This document shows positions 63,017 to 64,000 of a stretch of 64,000 nt of DNA, one piece after another; position 1 is the stretch's first letter; each line of letters opens with the position of its first letter. The translations under genes and the position numbers were made by a program. The notes under the pieces are model-generated. The model was not told the DNA's origin. It saw nothing but the letters and a program-made list of their open reading frames with translations, and did not search any database. This DNA is from an uncultured Bacteroidia bacterium (GTDB lineage: Bacteria > Bacteroidota > Bacteroidia > Bacteroidales > F082). The DNA lies in assembly GCA_902782455.1 (NCBI GenBank), contig CACZNA010000007.1, forward strand, positions 3,865 through 67,864, read 5' to 3'.

Positions 63017-64000
63017 GTGGAGAAACGGGCAAAGATAGCATGGCTTTACCTCATCGCGGCACTCTTTATCGCCGTGGGGCTGTTCTTCGTCGTGAAGAAG
63101 AACACCTATCTCTTTTTTGCCCTGCCCGTCGTTTTGGGTGTGCTACTGCTCTACATCTTCTCATTAGACAAAGTGCTGATGCTCACCTCGTTTTGTGTGC
63201 CGCTTTCGGTCAACTTGAAAGCACTTGAGGCTGGATTGGCCATCTCGCTGCCCGCCGAGCCCTTGCTGATGGGCATCCTTGTGCTCTTTTTGGCCAAAAT
63301 GCTTTACGACGGCAAGTACGACAAACGCATTTCCCATCATCCAATTGCCATCGTCATCTACTGCATGTTCGCGTGGATGATCGTGACCACCATCACAAGC
63401 GAGATGCCTTTGGTGTCGCTGAAGTTCATCCTTGCAAGGCTGTGGTTTGTGGTGCCAGCCTTCTTCCTTTGCGCCATCCTCTTCAAGAACCCGAAAAACA
63501 TCCATTGGTTCATTTGGCTCTACATTTCGGCCTTGTGCATCGTATGCATCTACACCATCATCCATCACGCGCAGTATGGCTTCGACGGCGACTCGGCCCA
63601 CTGGGTGATGTCGCCTTTCTACAACGACCACACGGCCTACGGCGCGGCTCTGGCCATCTATCTCATCCTCGCCTTGACCTACGCTTTCCTGCCCAATATC
63701 AAGCCAAGTCGCAAGCTCGTCATCATCGGCGTGGTGGTGCTGCTCAGTGTGGCACTTATGCTCTCCAACTGCCGTGCAGCCTGGCTGAGCATGATTGCGG
63801 CCATTGCGGTCTTGATGTGCATATTGTTCAAAATCAAGTTCCGCTGGATTGCTGCCGTCGCCATCATTTTAGTGGGTTTGTTCCTCACTTTCCAAAACCA
63901 AATCATCGACACTTTGGAGAAGAACAACCAAGACGCTTCGGGCGACCTTGTGGAAAACATCCAGAGCATCACCAACATCTCCACCGATGCCTCCAACCTT
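63017..64000 (+). CDS. O-antigen ligase/polymerase (Wzy_C-like) family membrane protein, 3' end beyond window
   Basis: Not in the ORF track (GTG start, no stop in the window). My translation VEKRAKIAWLYLIAALFIAVGLFF... is multi-TM and contains ..ALMLSNCRAAWLSMIAAIAVL, which resembles the O-antigen ligase motif. The GTG start is tentative. Confidence 0.6.
   Translation, partial: MEKRAKIAWLYLIAALFIAVGLFFVVKKNTYLFFALPVVLGVLLLYIFSLDKVLMLTSFCVPLSVNLKALEAGLAISLPAEPLLMGILVLFLAKMLYDGKYDKRISHHPIAIVIYCMFAWMIVTTITSEMPLVSLKFILARLWFVVPAFFLCAILFKNPKNIHWFIWLYISALCIVCIYTIIHHAQYGFDGDSAHWVMSPFYNDHTAYGAALAIYLILALTYAFLPNIKPSRKLVIIGVVVLLSVALMLSNCRAAWLSMIAAIAVLMCILFKIKFRWIAAVAIILVGLFLTFQNQIIDTLEKNNQDASGDLVENIQSITNISTDASNL

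Noticed and set aside
1-64000. Search for tRNA/rRNA genes, cas genes, transposases, integrases or conjugation genes that would define a mobile element around the accessory regions.
   Set aside because: I recognised none in any frame. The islets at 3.2-5.1 kb and 43.8-46.8 kb are therefore described as composition or repeat-bounded insertions, not as annotated mobile elements.

Overview
Bacteroidota-type chromosomal segment of about 50% GC. It shows TAnnTTTG -7 promoter boxes, many lipoprotein signal peptides and several T9SS type-A C-terminal sorting domains; a Prevotellaceae-like origin is inference only. Recognisable housekeeping genes are upp, dnaX, pepO-like M13 peptidase, a feoAB fusion, galM, uvrB, nnr, tex, an NSS transporter, a MATE pump, a LytS/LytTR two-component pair and the start of a polysaccharide locus (flippase, two Wzz-like genes, O-antigen-ligase-like gene). 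Accessory content is interleaved with these. (1) 1-12.2 kb holds a reiterated cassette of T9SS cargo genes, each preceded by a lipoprotein/TPR/single-TM/LuxR-HTH regulator and a mosaic palindromic intergenic repeat. One copy has decayed: only a regulator 3' remnant is left, with a HigBA-like pair and an internally deleted rhuM. (2) An MNT-HEPN pair. (3) A roughly 30% GC two-gene islet at 43.8-45.7 kb encodes a protein with a T5orf172/GIY-YIG-like C-terminus and a 2-TM partner. It sits beside an iteron-like repeat block, a GNAT toxin pair, a Bro-N/DinD-like gene and a DUF4143 ATPase, and is my best candidate for an undescribed defence-type system. (4) Six 16-bp palindromes phased at 32-33 bp lie between the ATPase and tex. 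(5) There are three C10 (streptopain-like) peptidase genes, one cut by the window edge and absent from the ORF track. (6) Several heptamer/octamer tandem repeats and a GGCAGGGGT motif cluster occupy intergenic leaders. I saw no tRNA, rRNA, CRISPR array, transposase or integrase. All functional calls come from motif recognition by eye, with no database search.
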